64,000 bases of DNA. Source: an uncultured Bacteriovoracaceae bacterium. Its GTDB lineage: Bacteria > Bdellovibrionota > UBA2428. The number at the start of each line of letters is the position of its first letter. Within the stretch, counting starts at the first letter, position 1. A program made the position numbers and the translations under genes. Of this stretch, positions 1-9,410 are shown piece after piece. The stretch is taken from contig CALFZE010000104.1 in assembly GCA_937952285.1 (NCBI GenBank), positions 1,932 through 65,931 of the forward strand, given 5' to 3'. The notes beneath the pieces were generated by a model. It was not told the origin of the DNA. It was given only the letters and a program-made list of their open reading frames with translations, and searched no databases.

Positions 1-1
1 G

Positions 2-646
2 ACCGGTCTCGGTTTTCTTAACGCCTGCTCGAGCATCGACGTGAAGAGCGTCGAGAATCCCGAGATTCTCTACACCGAAGGCGTGAAGAACATCGAGAAG
101 GGGCGCTTTATCGAAGCCCTCGAGTACGTCGGAGAGATCCGTCGTCGCTTTCCCCAGTCGAAGTTCGCGCCGCTCGCCGAACTGCGCACGGCCGACATCT
201 ACTTCGAGCAGGAAAGCTTTACCGAAGCCGCGGCCGCCTACGGCGTTTTCGTCGAGCTCTACCCGACGCATGCCGAGGCTCCCTACGCGCAGTACCGCCG
301 CGCGCTTTCCTACCTGAACGACGCGCCCGACGTCGTCGCCCGCGATCAGACGCCGGCGGCCGAGGCCCTGCGCGCCGCGGAGATCGCCACGACCCGCTAC
401 GCCTCGTCGCCCTTCGCGGCGCAGGCCAAGGAACTCGTCGTGAAGGCACGGGTCAAGCTCGCCGAGAAGGAAGCCTACATCGCCCGCTTCTACGCGAAGA
501 AGGGTTTTGACCAAGCCTCCGTGGGCCGCTGGAAAGCCTTGGTCGGCGTCTACGCCGACCTGCGCTCCGTCGAGCAGATGAAGAACGTCTTCGAAGAAGC
601 CGACCGCGCGCTGGCCAAGGCTTCCGAAGCGTCCACGAAGAACTGA
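2..646 (+). CDS. bamD: Outer membrane assembly lipoprotein BamD (5'-truncated by the window edge)
   Basis: The frame is open from base 2 and includes a lipobox-like LNAC upstream of the track start. TPR-like motifs LYTEG, FPQSKFA, YPTH-APYAQY and LAEKEAYIARFY are typical of BamD/YfiO. Confidence 0.88.
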   Translation, partial: TGLGFLNACSSIDVKSVENPEILYTEGVKNIEKGRFIEALEYVGEIRRRFPQSKFAPLAELRTADIYFEQESFTEAAAAYGVFVELYPTHAEAPYAQYRRALSYLNDAPDVVARDQTPAAEALRAAEIATTRYASSPFAAQAKELVVKARVKLAEKEAYIARFYAKKGFDQASVGRWKALVGVYADLRSVEQMKNVFEEADRALAKASEASTKN

Positions 647-666
647 TGCGATCGGCGGGAGGGGCG

Positions 667-1377
667 ATGGAGAACCAGAGTTCGCGCGAGCTCCTGCAAG
701 CGGAGCTGACCAAGCGCCTCCGCGAGGCGCTCGTGCTCAAGGACTGGACTCGCCTGGAGCATTGGGCCCGCCAGTGGATCGTGCTTTTGCCCGGCACGCC
801 CGCGGGCTTCAAATGGCTCGCGCGCGCGACGCTCGCGCAGAATAAAGTCTCGAAGGCCGCCTACGCCTACGGACGCCTCTTGGATGTGGATCCCGCGAAC
901 GAAGAGGCCAAGCGTTTTTTCGCCGAACATCCCTCGTCGATTCCGGAAGCCAAGTCGCCAAAGACCGAAGCCGCGAAGGGCGACACCCCGAATCCGGGCC
1001 CGATCCTGAATCCCGAGCAGCGCGCCCGCATCGCCACGAGCGAGCTCGAGACCGCGAAAATCTACGAAGAGCTCGCGCTTTTCGGCGAAGCCGCCGCGCG
1101 TTTCCAGACCTCGAACCATTGGGCGCCTTCGCAGGCGGCCATCCTGGGGACCGCGCGCTGCTTTCATCGCGCGCACCGCGGGCTCGATGCCGTCCGCTTT
1201 TTGCGCGAACAGCTCTACCAGTACCCGGATTGGGCGGACGGGCGCGCGCTGTTGGGTCGAGTTCTCTTTGAGCTCGGGCACGCGGCCGACGCCCAGCGCG
1301 AGTGGCAGCTCGTGCTTAAGGTGAATCCCGATCACAAGGAAGCCCTCGGCTTCCTGCGCGAGATGATGCTCCGTTAG
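667..1377 (+). CDS. Tetratricopeptide-repeat protein
   Basis: TPR-like helices (AAYAYGRLLDVDPANEEA; YPDWADGRALLGRVLFELG; WQLVLKVNPDHKEA). ATG at 667 preferred over 646. Confidence 0.7.
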   Translation: MENQSSRELLQAELTKRLREALVLKDWTRLEHWARQWIVLLPGTPAGFKWLARATLAQNKVSKAAYAYGRLLDVDPANEEAKRFFAEHPSSIPEAKSPKTEAAKGDTPNPGPILNPEQRARIATSELETAKIYEELALFGEAAARFQTSNHWAPSQAAILGTARCFHRAHRGLDAVRFLREQLYQYPDWADGRALLGRVLFELGHAADAQREWQLVLKVNPDHKEALGFLREMMLR

Positions 1378-1395
1378 AGGTCAGAACCTAAGCGC

Positions 1396-1923
1396 CTATT
1401 TGAGCTCAAGCTTGAGTCCCGAGGACGGGACTTTCGCCGGCACGCTCGCCGAAGCGTCGCCGTCTTGATCGAGACGCGCGGTCACGTCGACGTCGCCCTC
1501 GAGTTTGGTGTCGGCCATCATCGCGTCGGATTGGCTAAGGCGGAACTTGTAGGGGAAGCTCGGGTTCGGATCGCGACGGACGGCGAGCGGCGGGCCTCCC
1601 TCCTTGGAGCGGATCGAAACGTAGAGCCACATGCCCGGGCGGTAAGAGACGCCCTTTGCGAGGGTGATCACGCCCTCGACGACACCGCCCTCATTCGCGG
1701 CCGCCGACGGAGCCGAGGCACCGACGTTCGGAGCCGACGGCTGCGCTTTCTGCCCTTCTTGGAAGGGATTATTGAGCGGATCGAAACCTCCGAGCATCGC
1801 CTGTGTCATCTCGGCCGACTGAGTGTCCGTCGTGCGGCCTTGGGGACCCGGGAACTTTTCGCGGCTCGGCTGATCCGAACAGGCCAAGGCAAAAATGGGA
1901 GACAACATCCAAACGCGCTTCAT
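1396..1923 (-). CDS. Lipoprotein with a CcmI/CycH C-terminal-like domain
   Basis: Lipobox FALAC. The C-terminal half (LYVSIR..GGPPLAVRR...FPYKFRLSQSDAMM....LEGDVDVTARLDQDGDA) resembles the periplasmic C-terminal domain of CcmI. Confidence 0.65.
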   Translation of the reverse strand: MKRVWMLSPIFALACSDQPSREKFPGPQGRTTDTQSAEMTQAMLGGFDPLNNPFQEGQKAQPSAPNVGASAPSAAANEGGVVEGVITLAKGVSYRPGMWLYVSIRSKEGGPPLAVRRDPNPSFPYKFRLSQSDAMMADTKLEGDVDVTARLDQDGDASASVPAKVPSSGLKLELK

Positions 1924-2011
1924 GCCTTGTTCTTAAACGGAATCGGGGCCGTATTCCAAGCGCCGTTCGTGGCGCCCGAAACACGACCCCGTCTTAAATA
2001 ACGCAAGGCCT

Positions 2012-4660
2012 TTAGGTCTGGGATTGCGCCCACTTCGCGATGCGCTCGGCCGCGCCCGAGGCCTCGGCGATCTGGCCCTGCGCGGTCTGCGCCTGGCCGC
2101 CGCCGCGCCCACCGAGAGCCGTGGCGAGATCCTTCAGGATACTGCCGGCGTGGGCCTGCGGAAGCTGTGCCGTGTCGGCCGTGACGAGAACCGCGTTGCC
2201 CGAAACGAGCACGTGCACCGCGCTCGGATCGGCCTTGCGAACGGCGTCACCTTGTTCCCGCAACAGCTTGGGATCGGCGCCGTCGAGCGCGTGGATCTTG
2301 AGCGGCCAGCCCTTGTAAGTCGCGCTCAAACTCGAAGCGGCTGCACCGCCTTGGACGAGCTTGCGGCGCAACGACTCGACTTCCTTCTCGAGCGCGCGCG
2401 CCTGCTCGCCGAGTTTCGCGACGCGTTCCTCGAGCTGCTCGGGCGGCGTCTTGAGAGCCTGCGCGATGCGACCGAGGGTATCGGCTTGGGCCTTGTAGTG
2501 GTCGAGGGCCCCCGTGCGAGTGACGGCCTCGATGCGACGGGTACCGGCCGCGACGGCCGATTCGCCCGTCACCTTGAAGTAACGGATATCGCCCGTGCGT
2601 TTGACGTGCGTGCCGCCGCAAAGTTCGGTCGAGAGGCCCGGCACGTCGATGACCCGCACCTTGTCGCCGTACTTCTCGCTGAAGAGCGCCATCGCGCCTT
2701 TCTTCATCGCGCCGTCGTAATCCATGACGTCCGCACCCAACGCGATGTCCTGGTCGATGGCCGCGTTCACCCAAGCCTCGATCTTCGCGATTTCCTCTTG
2801 GCTCACGGCCTTGGGGTGCGAGAAGTCGAAGCGCAGCTTTTCGGGCTCGACGAGCGACCCCGCCTGCTGAACGTGCGTCCCCAGGAACTTACGGAGCGCC
2901 GAGTGGAGCAAGTGCGTCGCCGTGTGGTTGGCGCGGGTGGCCGCGCGCTTCGTCGAATCGACTTTGGCCGTCACGGCTTCGCCCGCCGCGAGCGAGCGCG
3001 ATCCCGTGCGCACGAGGAGCGCGGCACCGCCGTCGTACGGTTTCTGCGTGCCGAGCACGTCGAAGCGCTCGCCCTTGGAACTCACGAGCCAGCCTTCGTC
3101 GCCGACTTGACCGCCGCCTTCGGGATAGAAGGGGTTGGGATCCACGGAGACCCACGCGAACTCACCCGCGGGCGCAACCGCCTTCAGCGTGGCGGCCGAC
3201 TCCTCGACGTCGTAACCGACGAAACGCGGCAGGATTCCTTGCGACTTCCATTCCTTCACGACCGCCGGCATGGCCGCGTCGCCCGACCCCTTCCAGGACT
3301 TGCGCGAACGTTCCTGCTGCTCGGACATGAGCTTGTTGAAGCCCGCTTCGTCCACGGCAAAGCCTTCCTCGCGCGCGATGAGCGCGGTCAGATCGAGCGG
3401 AAAGCCGAAGGTGTCGTAGAGACGGAAGCAGATATCCGCCGCGAGCGTCTTCTGCCCCGAAGCCTTCGCCTTGCCGAAAGCCTCGTCCAAGAGCTTGAGG
3501 CCGCGATCGAGCGTCTCGAAGAAGCGCGCTTCCTCCTGCGTGAGGATCTCGGTGATGACGGATCCGCGAGCTTTGAGTTCGGGATAGGTCGGACCCATTG
3601 CCTCGACGAGGTGCGGGAAGAGCTCGGCGAGGAACGGCTTCTCGAGACCGAGGCGCTTGCCGAAGCGCACGGCCCGACGAAGGATGCGGCGGAGCACGTA
3701 GCCACGGCCCTCGTTCGAGGGCAATACGCCGTCGGCGATGAGGAAAGAGGTCGCACGCAGGTGGTCGACGATCACGCGCAAGGCCGCCACGTCCCAAGGA
3801 AGTTTTTTGCCCGCGCCGATGGCTTCGGGATCGAGGTAAGCCACCTTGCGACCCGCGCGCGTCTCGACGAGCTCGGCCGTCGCCTTGACGAGACCCGACA
3901 TGAGATCGATTTCGTAGTTCGAGATCCAACGCTTCTCGTTCTGCGGATTACGGCCTTCGAGACCCTGCAGGATCGAAGCGATGCGCTCGAGACCCATGCC
4001 GGTATCGACGGAAGGCTTGGGCAGCGGGGTCATCTTGCCGTCGGCCGAACGCTCGTACTGCATGAAAACGTTGTTCCAGTACTCCAGCCAGCGTTCGCCA
4101 TCGACCTCGGTGCCCTGGTCGTAGAAAATTTCGGTGCAAGGCCCGCAAGGTCCCGTGTCGCCGGCCGCCCAAAAATTGTCTTCGTCGAAGCGCACGATAC
4201 GGCCGTTTGCTTCGCTGAAGCCCGTCACCTTTTCCCAGATCTTCGCCGACTCGTCGTCGCTGATGTGAACCGAGACGCGGAGCTTTTCCTTCGGCAGCCC
4301 CAGGACTTCCGTCGAGAACTCCCAAGCGAAGCGGATGGCGTCTTCCTTGAAGTAGTCGCCGAAGCTGAAGTTTCCGAGCATCTCGAAAAAAGTGTGGTGA
4401 CGCGAGGTGAAGCCCACGTTCTCGAGGTCGTTGTGCTTGCCGCCGGCGCGAACGCATTTCTGGCTCGTCGTCGCGCGGGTGTAAGCGCGTTTGTCGACGC
4501 CCAGGAAGCAATCCTTGAACTGGACCATGCCGGCCGCCGTGAAGAGCAGGGTCGGGTCGTTCGGCACGAGCGAGGAACTCGCAACGCGCGCGTGGCCCTT
4601 GGACTCGAAAAACTTCAGGAAGGCCTCGCGAATTTCGGCGACGGTCGAGATCTTTTTCAT
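2012..4660 (-). CDS. alaS: Alanine--tRNA ligase
   Basis: LLFTAAGMVQFK, HHTFFEMLGNFSFGDYFK, DTGMGLER, editing motifs NHTATHLLH and ELCGGTH, and C-terminal GGRGGG. Confidence 0.99.
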   Translation of the reverse strand: MKKISTVAEIREAFLKFFESKGHARVASSSLVPNDPTLLFTAAGMVQFKDCFLGVDKRAYTRATTSQKCVRAGGKHNDLENVGFTSRHHTFFEMLGNFSFGDYFKEDAIRFAWEFSTEVLGLPKEKLRVSVHISDDESAKIWEKVTGFSEANGRIVRFDEDNFWAAGDTGPCGPCTEIFYDQGTEVDGERWLEYWNNVFMQYERSADGKMTPLPKPSVDTGMGLERIASILQGLEGRNPQNEKRWISNYEIDLMSGLVKATAELVETRAGRKVAYLDPEAIGAGKKLPWDVAALRVIVDHLRATSFLIADGVLPSNEGRGYVLRRILRRAVRFGKRLGLEKPFLAELFPHLVEAMGPTYPELKARGSVITEILTQEEARFFETLDRGLKLLDEAFGKAKASGQKTLAADICFRLYDTFGFPLDLTALIAREEGFAVDEAGFNKLMSEQQERSRKSWKGSGDAAMPAVVKEWKSQGILPRFVGYDVEESAATLKAVAPAGEFAWVSVDPNPFYPEGGGQVGDEGWLVSSKGERFDVLGTQKPYDGGAALLVRTGSRSLAAGEAVTAKVDSTKRAATRANHTATHLLHSALRKFLGTHVQQAGSLVEPEKLRFDFSHPKAVSQEEIAKIEAWVNAAIDQDIALGADVMDYDGAMKKGAMALFSEKYGDKVRVIDVPGLSTELCGGTHVKRTGDIRYFKVTGESAVAAGTRRIEAVTRTGALDHYKAQADTLGRIAQALKTPPEQLEERVAKLGEQARALEKEVESLRRKLVQGGAAASSLSATYKGWPLKIHALDGADPKLLREQGDAVRKADPSAVHVLVSGNAVLVTADTAQLPQAHAGSILKDLATALGGRGGGQAQTAQGQIAEASGAAERIAKWAQSQT

Positions 4661-4740
4661 AGGGCCGAGAGACTAGCAGGGACCGCCCCCAAAAGCACCG
4701 GACAGATAGCGAGACCGCAGATGAGGTTTTGCACGGAGTT

Positions 4741-5505
4741 CTAGGGATCGCAGTGGCAACGCCCACCGCTGCAGAGCAGCTCGGCGGGACGACCCCGGTC
4801 TTGGGCCGCGAAAGCGGCCGAGACGAAAATCCCGTTCCGGCGTTGGAAGGCCATAGGCCGCGTCGTTTCGGTCGTCGACCGGACGGGGTCCGGACGTAAG
4901 GCTCCGTCTTCAAGGAAGATTCGACCGTACACGGTAAAGCGACCCGTTTCCTCGGTTTCCACGATCGACGTTCCTCGGAACTCGGCCCACTCGCCGCCGA
5001 AGGCTCCTTGGGCTTCTCCCAAAGTAAGATAACTCAGGGGCGCCGCTCCCCCCTCGGCTTCGGCGGGCGCGGCGTCTCCCCCGAAGGTCGCCTCGGAGAG
5101 AATATCGGGAGGATCTTCGCGACGCGCCATGCTGCCCAGCCGCACCTGAATCTCGCCGTCGCTGACCCGGGTCTGCTCGAGAACCCAAAACTTCGTGGCC
5201 CCCCGCAAGGTCCAGCGGAGCTGACGGACCTCGAGCGACGCGACGGGAAGGCGCGCGACGATGCGATCGACGTCGGTCACGCCGCAGTTCGCGAGCACGC
5301 CCTCTTCGAGGTCGGGGACTTCGGGCGCCGAAGCCGGATGTCGCTCGCCTAGACGAACCGTGACCTTCGATTCGATGCGTTCCGGGCTCTCCTCGCGAAG
5401 TTCCGCGACCGCGTCGCGGGTCGGCTCGCGCGCGACGGGCGTCGACCGAAGCGCCCAAAGCACGAACGAACAGACCAAAAGAAGCAAAGAGGCGCGAATC
5501 CTCAC
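4741..5505 (-). CDS. Hypothetical membrane-anchored or secreted protein
   Basis: N-terminal hydrophobic segment. Co-oriented between xerD and alaS. Ends in C..GGRCHCDP. No family recognised. Confidence 0.55.
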   Translation of the reverse strand: MRIRASLLLLVCSFVLWALRSTPVAREPTRDAVAELREESPERIESKVTVRLGERHPASAPEVPDLEEGVLANCGVTDVDRIVARLPVASLEVRQLRWTLRGATKFWVLEQTRVSDGEIQVRLGSMARREDPPDILSEATFGGDAAPAEAEGGAAPLSYLTLGEAQGAFGGEWAEFRGTSIVETEETGRFTVYGRIFLEDGALRPDPVRSTTETTRPMAFQRRNGIFVSAAFAAQDRGRPAELLCSGGRCHCDP

Positions 5506-5568
5506 GCCCGACTTATCGGAGTTTCGGAGCCCCGCACCGACGCAAAACGCGTGAAGATTACGTGAAGT

Positions 5569-6483
5569 TCAGCGAGCGTAGGAAGGATGATGGCGACGAA
5601 AGAGTTCCTGAAGATCCTCGTCCCGCAATTTCAGGTAACGTTCCGTGGCCCCTAACGAAGCATGCCCGAGGAGCATCTGCACGGCGCGAACGTCGGCGCC
5701 GCCCTTGAGCAAATGGGTCGCAAAGCTATGTCGGAGAACGTGCGGGTGCACCCCGTCTACCCCGCACTCTAGCGCGCGGGCCCGCAGTAGCTTCCAAACG
5801 CCCATGCGGGTCAGCGGCCGACGACGACGGCTAAGGAAAACCGTCTCGGCGATGCGCTTGGGCAGTCCTTCCGACCAGTGCGCCCACGCGGTGTCACGGT
5901 AACGAAAGAGCCACTCGCCGGCGCGGTCCGTGAAGGGAACCCACCGCTCTTTCTTGCCCTTGCCCATGACTTTCAAAAGACCGCGCCGCTCATCGACGTG
6001 CGCCCACGTCAGCGTGATCGCCTCCGAGACCCGAAGCCCCGAAGCGTAGAGCAGCTCCAGGAGCGCCCGGTCCCGCAGGCGGTTAAGATCGCCGCTCGGA
6101 TCGAAGTCCAAGAGGGACTCCATTTCCTGGAGATCCAACGCCCTCGGCAAGAGGGTCGCCGAAGCGGCCGCCGGCAGGCGGCGGAGCACGCTTTCCCATT
6201 CGGGATCGGAAAGGGAGCGATACTTGGCGAAGGCCCGCAGGGCGGCCGTTCGGCGGGCGCGCGTGCTTTCCTTGTGGCCGGCGCCTTCGAAGGATTCGAG
6301 GATGGAAACGAGTTCGGAATCCGGGGGAGGCGCGGCCGCCAAATCCATTCCCGCCCCGCGCCATTGCTCAAGGTCGCCGCGGTAAGCGTCGAGCGTGTTC
6401 GTCGCGAGCCGACGCTCGGCCTGCAGATACCAAAGGAAGTCTTCGACCGCGTCTTGGCGCGAAGACTTCTTATTCTCGGCCAA
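5569..6483 (-). CDS. xerD: XerD/XerC-type tyrosine recombinase
   Basis: N-terminal LATNTLDAYRGDL. Catalytic motifs SGLRVSE, GKGKKER, HPHVLRHSFATHLL..GAD and LLGHASL..TERY. Confidence 0.88.
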   Translation of the reverse strand: MAENKKSSRQDAVEDFLWYLQAERRLATNTLDAYRGDLEQWRGAGMDLAAAPPPDSELVSILESFEGAGHKESTRARRTAALRAFAKYRSLSDPEWESVLRRLPAAASATLLPRALDLQEMESLLDFDPSGDLNRLRDRALLELLYASGLRVSEAITLTWAHVDERRGLLKVMGKGKKERWVPFTDRAGEWLFRYRDTAWAHWSEGLPKRIAETVFLSRRRRPLTRMGVWKLLRARALECGVDGVHPHVLRHSFATHLLKGGADVRAVQMLLGHASLGATERYLKLRDEDLQELFRRHHPSYAR

Positions 6484-7411
6484 GCAGGACCTCGACGTTT
6501 TCGATCAACGTGCGTCCTCCGTCGGCCCGAATTTGGACGAGTTTCGAACCCGCATCGAGAGGAGCGAAACGCAAAAGCCCGAGCCCCTTGTTACCCTCGA
6601 CCGTCGTGAGCTTGCCGACCGGCTTATCGGGCTCGTTTTCCGCGTGAACGTAGCCGACTTCGAGCGAAGCCGAAGCCGTGAAACGGCAGAGTCCGCGCGT
6701 CATCTTGCCGCGATAGGTCGCGCGCGCGACGACTTCCTGACCGATGTAGCAGCCTTTATGGAAACTGATCGCGTCTTGCACGGGAAACTCGAGCACGAGA
6801 CTGTCCGTCCCGAGGTCCGGGCCCCACTCCGCGACGCCTCGCGCGATCCGCAACGAGGCCCAAGCCGCGTCGTCGAGCCCTTCGTGGCGAGGAATCTGGG
6901 AGGCGTCGCGCACCCACCATTCTTCGTCGTGGTCGCCGAAATCCGTGCGGCGCACGCGAAGTCCCCAAGCTTCCTCGGCCACGACGGCCAAGCGGTCTTT
7001 GGCGTCGGGCACGTTCGGCGCCAAGGTCGGAATCGACGCGAAGGGCGAATCCGGAACACGGTAGATCGTCGCGTAAGGAGCTTCGCCCAAGACTTCGAGC
7101 TGCACGTCGTCGGCGATGATGTAAGCATCCAACGCCGTCGCCGCTCCATCGGCTTGCGCGGCGGGAAGCGAAAGAAGGATTTCCTCTTTTGAAAGACAAA
7201 GAAAGACAATTTCAGATTTCGCTTTGCCTTTGGCATCGAGCAGATAAGCCCGACCGCCGGCCGGACGACCGGCCTCGGAAGCGGCGGCCGAAGCCTTGGC
7301 GACGTCGGCCGTGAGCATCCCCTGGAGATATCGGGTCGCATCGGGACCCTTCAGGCGCAAGAAACGACGCTCGATCGGACGCACGGCGCTAAGGGGAGAA
7401 TTCGTATCCAT
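6470..7411 (-). CDS. ygfZ: YgfZ/GcvT-family folate-binding protein
   Basis: Signature KGCYIGQEVVAR and N-terminal GPDATRYLQG.LT.DV. Confidence 0.93.
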   Translation of the reverse strand: MDTNSPLSAVRPIERRFLRLKGPDATRYLQGMLTADVAKASAAASEAGRPAGGRAYLLDAKGKAKSEIVFLCLSKEEILLSLPAAQADGAATALDAYIIADDVQLEVLGEAPYATIYRVPDSPFASIPTLAPNVPDAKDRLAVVAEEAWGLRVRRTDFGDHDEEWWVRDASQIPRHEGLDDAAWASLRIARGVAEWGPDLGTDSLVLEFPVQDAISFHKGCYIGQEVVARATYRGKMTRGLCRFTASASLEVGYVHAENEPDKPVGKLTTVEGNKGLGLLRFAPLDAGSKLVQIRADGGRTLIENVEVLLGRE

Positions 7412-7466
7412 CGATTGGTGATCCTAGCGCTCCGGGTTTATTGTGTCAGGCGGGGAGGATCCATTA

Positions 7467-8816
7467 GTGAAATCCATCACGCTTAAACCGGCCCTTTTGG
7501 GCCTTATCATCAGTTCGTCCGTCGCGTCCGTCGCGGCGCCGGTGTTCCCGTCGCCGGGTAACTCGCGCACTTCGTCGCACGTCACGCACGTCATCGAAGT
7601 CAAGGCGAAGACCGCCGCCGAGCGCTCGCGCATCGTCGACCTCGGTTTCGCGATCGACGAGCTTCGCTCCGACGCCGTTTACATCTTCGGCAAGGCGCGC
7701 GACGCCGACACGCTCCGCCGTGCGGGATTCCGCGCGACGGCGACGCCCGCGAAGTCCGAATGGTTCACTATTCCGCAAGCCGTCGAAGCTATGGCCGCGC
7801 GCTTCACGAGCCTGACGGAAGTCGAAACGCAGTTGCAGGACCTCGCGACGCGCTTCCCGAACATCGTCGAAGTGCAGACGCTCGGACGCACGAACGAGAA
7901 CCGCGTCACCAAGATGGTGCGGATCTCGGGCAAGTCGCCCGCGCAAGCCGAAGCCGCCAAGCTTCCGGTGATCTTCTACATGGGTTGCCACCACGCCCGC
8001 GAACACCTCTCGGTCGAAGTCCCGCTCCGCTTCGCGAAGCACCTCGTCGAGAACTACGGTCGCGACGCGGACGTGACCCGTCTCGTCGACTCGCGCGAGA
8101 TCTACATCGCGCCGATCATCAACCCGGACGGACACGCCTACGACTACACGAACGGCATCCGCGGCCGCATGTGGCGCAAGAACCGTCGTCGCAACAACGA
8201 CGGTACCTACGGCGTCGACCTCAACCGTAACTACGGCTACCAATGGAACACGGGCGGCTCGTCTTCGACGCCGAGCTCGGACGTCTACATGGGAACGGCT
8301 CCCTTTTCGGAACCCGAGTCTCAGAACGTGCGCGACTTCGTGAACAGCCAGCCGCGCATGACCACGCTGCTCAGCCTGCACACTTTCTCCGAGCTCATTC
8401 TCTATCCCTGGGGATGGTCGAACGACTCCATCGGTCAGAATGGCCGCGGCAACCCCGCCGACCTTCCCGTTTTCGAGAAGATGGCGCGCGATATGGCCCA
8501 GTGGAACAAGTACAAGCCGCAGCAGTCGTCGGACCTCTACATCGCTTCGGGCGATACGACGGACTGGGCTTACGGCGAGCACGGCATCTTCGCCTTCACG
8601 TTCGAGCTCAGCCCGACCTCGATGTGGGACGGCGGTTTCTATCCGTCGCCCGCGCGCATCGAGCCGGTCTTCGAAGCAAACCTGAAACCGCTCATGTACC
8701 TGCTCGAGTTCTCCGACAACCCGCGCCGCGTCCTGACGCAGCGGGCGCCGAGCTTCCTGACGAGCCCCGCCAAGCGTGGCGTCGCCGCGGCAAGCTTCTC
8801 CGACGTTCAATTCTGA
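7467..8816 (+). CDS. Secreted M14 zinc carboxypeptidase (carboxypeptidase T-like)
   Basis: GGAGGA precedes GTG at 7467. Signal peptide. Motifs HHAREH, NPDG, WRKNRR, GVDLNRNY, SLHTFSELILYPWG and FTFEL. Confidence 0.93.
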   Translation: MKSITLKPALLGLIISSSVASVAAPVFPSPGNSRTSSHVTHVIEVKAKTAAERSRIVDLGFAIDELRSDAVYIFGKARDADTLRRAGFRATATPAKSEWFTIPQAVEAMAARFTSLTEVETQLQDLATRFPNIVEVQTLGRTNENRVTKMVRISGKSPAQAEAAKLPVIFYMGCHHAREHLSVEVPLRFAKHLVENYGRDADVTRLVDSREIYIAPIINPDGHAYDYTNGIRGRMWRKNRRRNNDGTYGVDLNRNYGYQWNTGGSSSTPSSDVYMGTAPFSEPESQNVRDFVNSQPRMTTLLSLHTFSELILYPWGWSNDSIGQNGRGNPADLPVFEKMARDMAQWNKYKPQQSSDLYIASGDTTDWAYGEHGIFAFTFELSPTSMWDGGFYPSPARIEPVFEANLKPLMYLLEFSDNPRRVLTQRAPSFLTSPAKRGVAAASFSDVQF

Positions 8817-8842
8817 TCCCGCCAAGGCACGTGCCGAACGCG

Positions 8843-8878
8843 AAGCCCGGCTCTCCTTCGGGAGGGTCGGGCTTTTTC
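8843..8878 (+). terminator. Rho-independent terminator
   Basis: AAGCCCGGCTCTCC-TTCG-GGAGGGTCGGGCTT hairpin with a UUCG loop followed by a T-run, between the convergent peptidase and dtd genes. Confidence 0.85.
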
Positions 8879-8888
8879 TATTCCGAGA

Positions 8889-9410
8889 TCAGCGATCCAA
8901 AGGAATCGTGACGGGACCCCAGTTCGTGAAGCTCAGGTCCATATCGGCGCCAAAAACACCGAAGATCTGCGCGTAGCCGCGCTTCTCCGCCCGCAAACGC
9001 TCCGTCAGCGCACCGAACCGCGCACGCGCCAGATCGGGCGCCATCGCGTCGGTGAAGGAGGGGCGAAAACCCGACTCGAGCGAGGCCGCGAGCGTGAATT
9101 GGGGAACCCAAAGAATTCCTCCGCCGGCCGCGCCGGCCACCGGCGCGTAGTCGGCGAGCGCCCTGTTCATGCGACCGCCCGCATCCGGAAAAACCCGCAG
9201 CCCTTGAACTCGCGTCACGAGCCATTCCTCGGCGCGGGCGAGTTCCCCGGGATCGCGGGTTTCGTCGGCCCGCGTCCATCCGATCAGAACGACGAAACCC
9301 GGTCCCTCGAAACGATCCGTCCGCGTCTGCGCGTCCCCCTCGACGCGCGAAACGATGGAAGCCCCGTCGCGAACGCGCTGAACCACGATTTTCACGGGGA
9401 CTCCATCCAA
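8889..9410 (-). CDS. dtd: D-aminoacyl-tRNA deacylase
   Basis: KIVVQRV, PQFTL, GFRPSF and the Gly-cisPro motif NWGPVT. Confidence 0.93.
   Translation of the reverse strand: MDGVPVKIVVQRVRDGASIVSRVEGDAQTRTDRFEGPGFVVLIGWTRADETRDPGELARAEEWLVTRVQGLRVFPDAGGRMNRALADYAPVAGAAGGGILWVPQFTLAASLESGFRPSFTDAMAPDLARARFGALTERLRAEKRGYAQIFGVFGADMDLSFTNWGPVTIPLDR

Noticed and set aside
2024-4744. 906-aa ORF antisense to alaS, and many similar long antisense ORFs (e.g. 7464-8825, 16635-18242, 43029-44546)
   Set aside because: These are shadow ORFs expected in high-GC DNA with strong GC3 bias. They have no recognisable motifs and overlap well-supported genes.
5569-6483. Tyrosine recombinase as an integrase of a mobile element
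   Set aside because: It is XerD-like in size and motifs, overlaps ygfZ among housekeeping genes, and has no att repeats, tRNA target or phage genes nearby.
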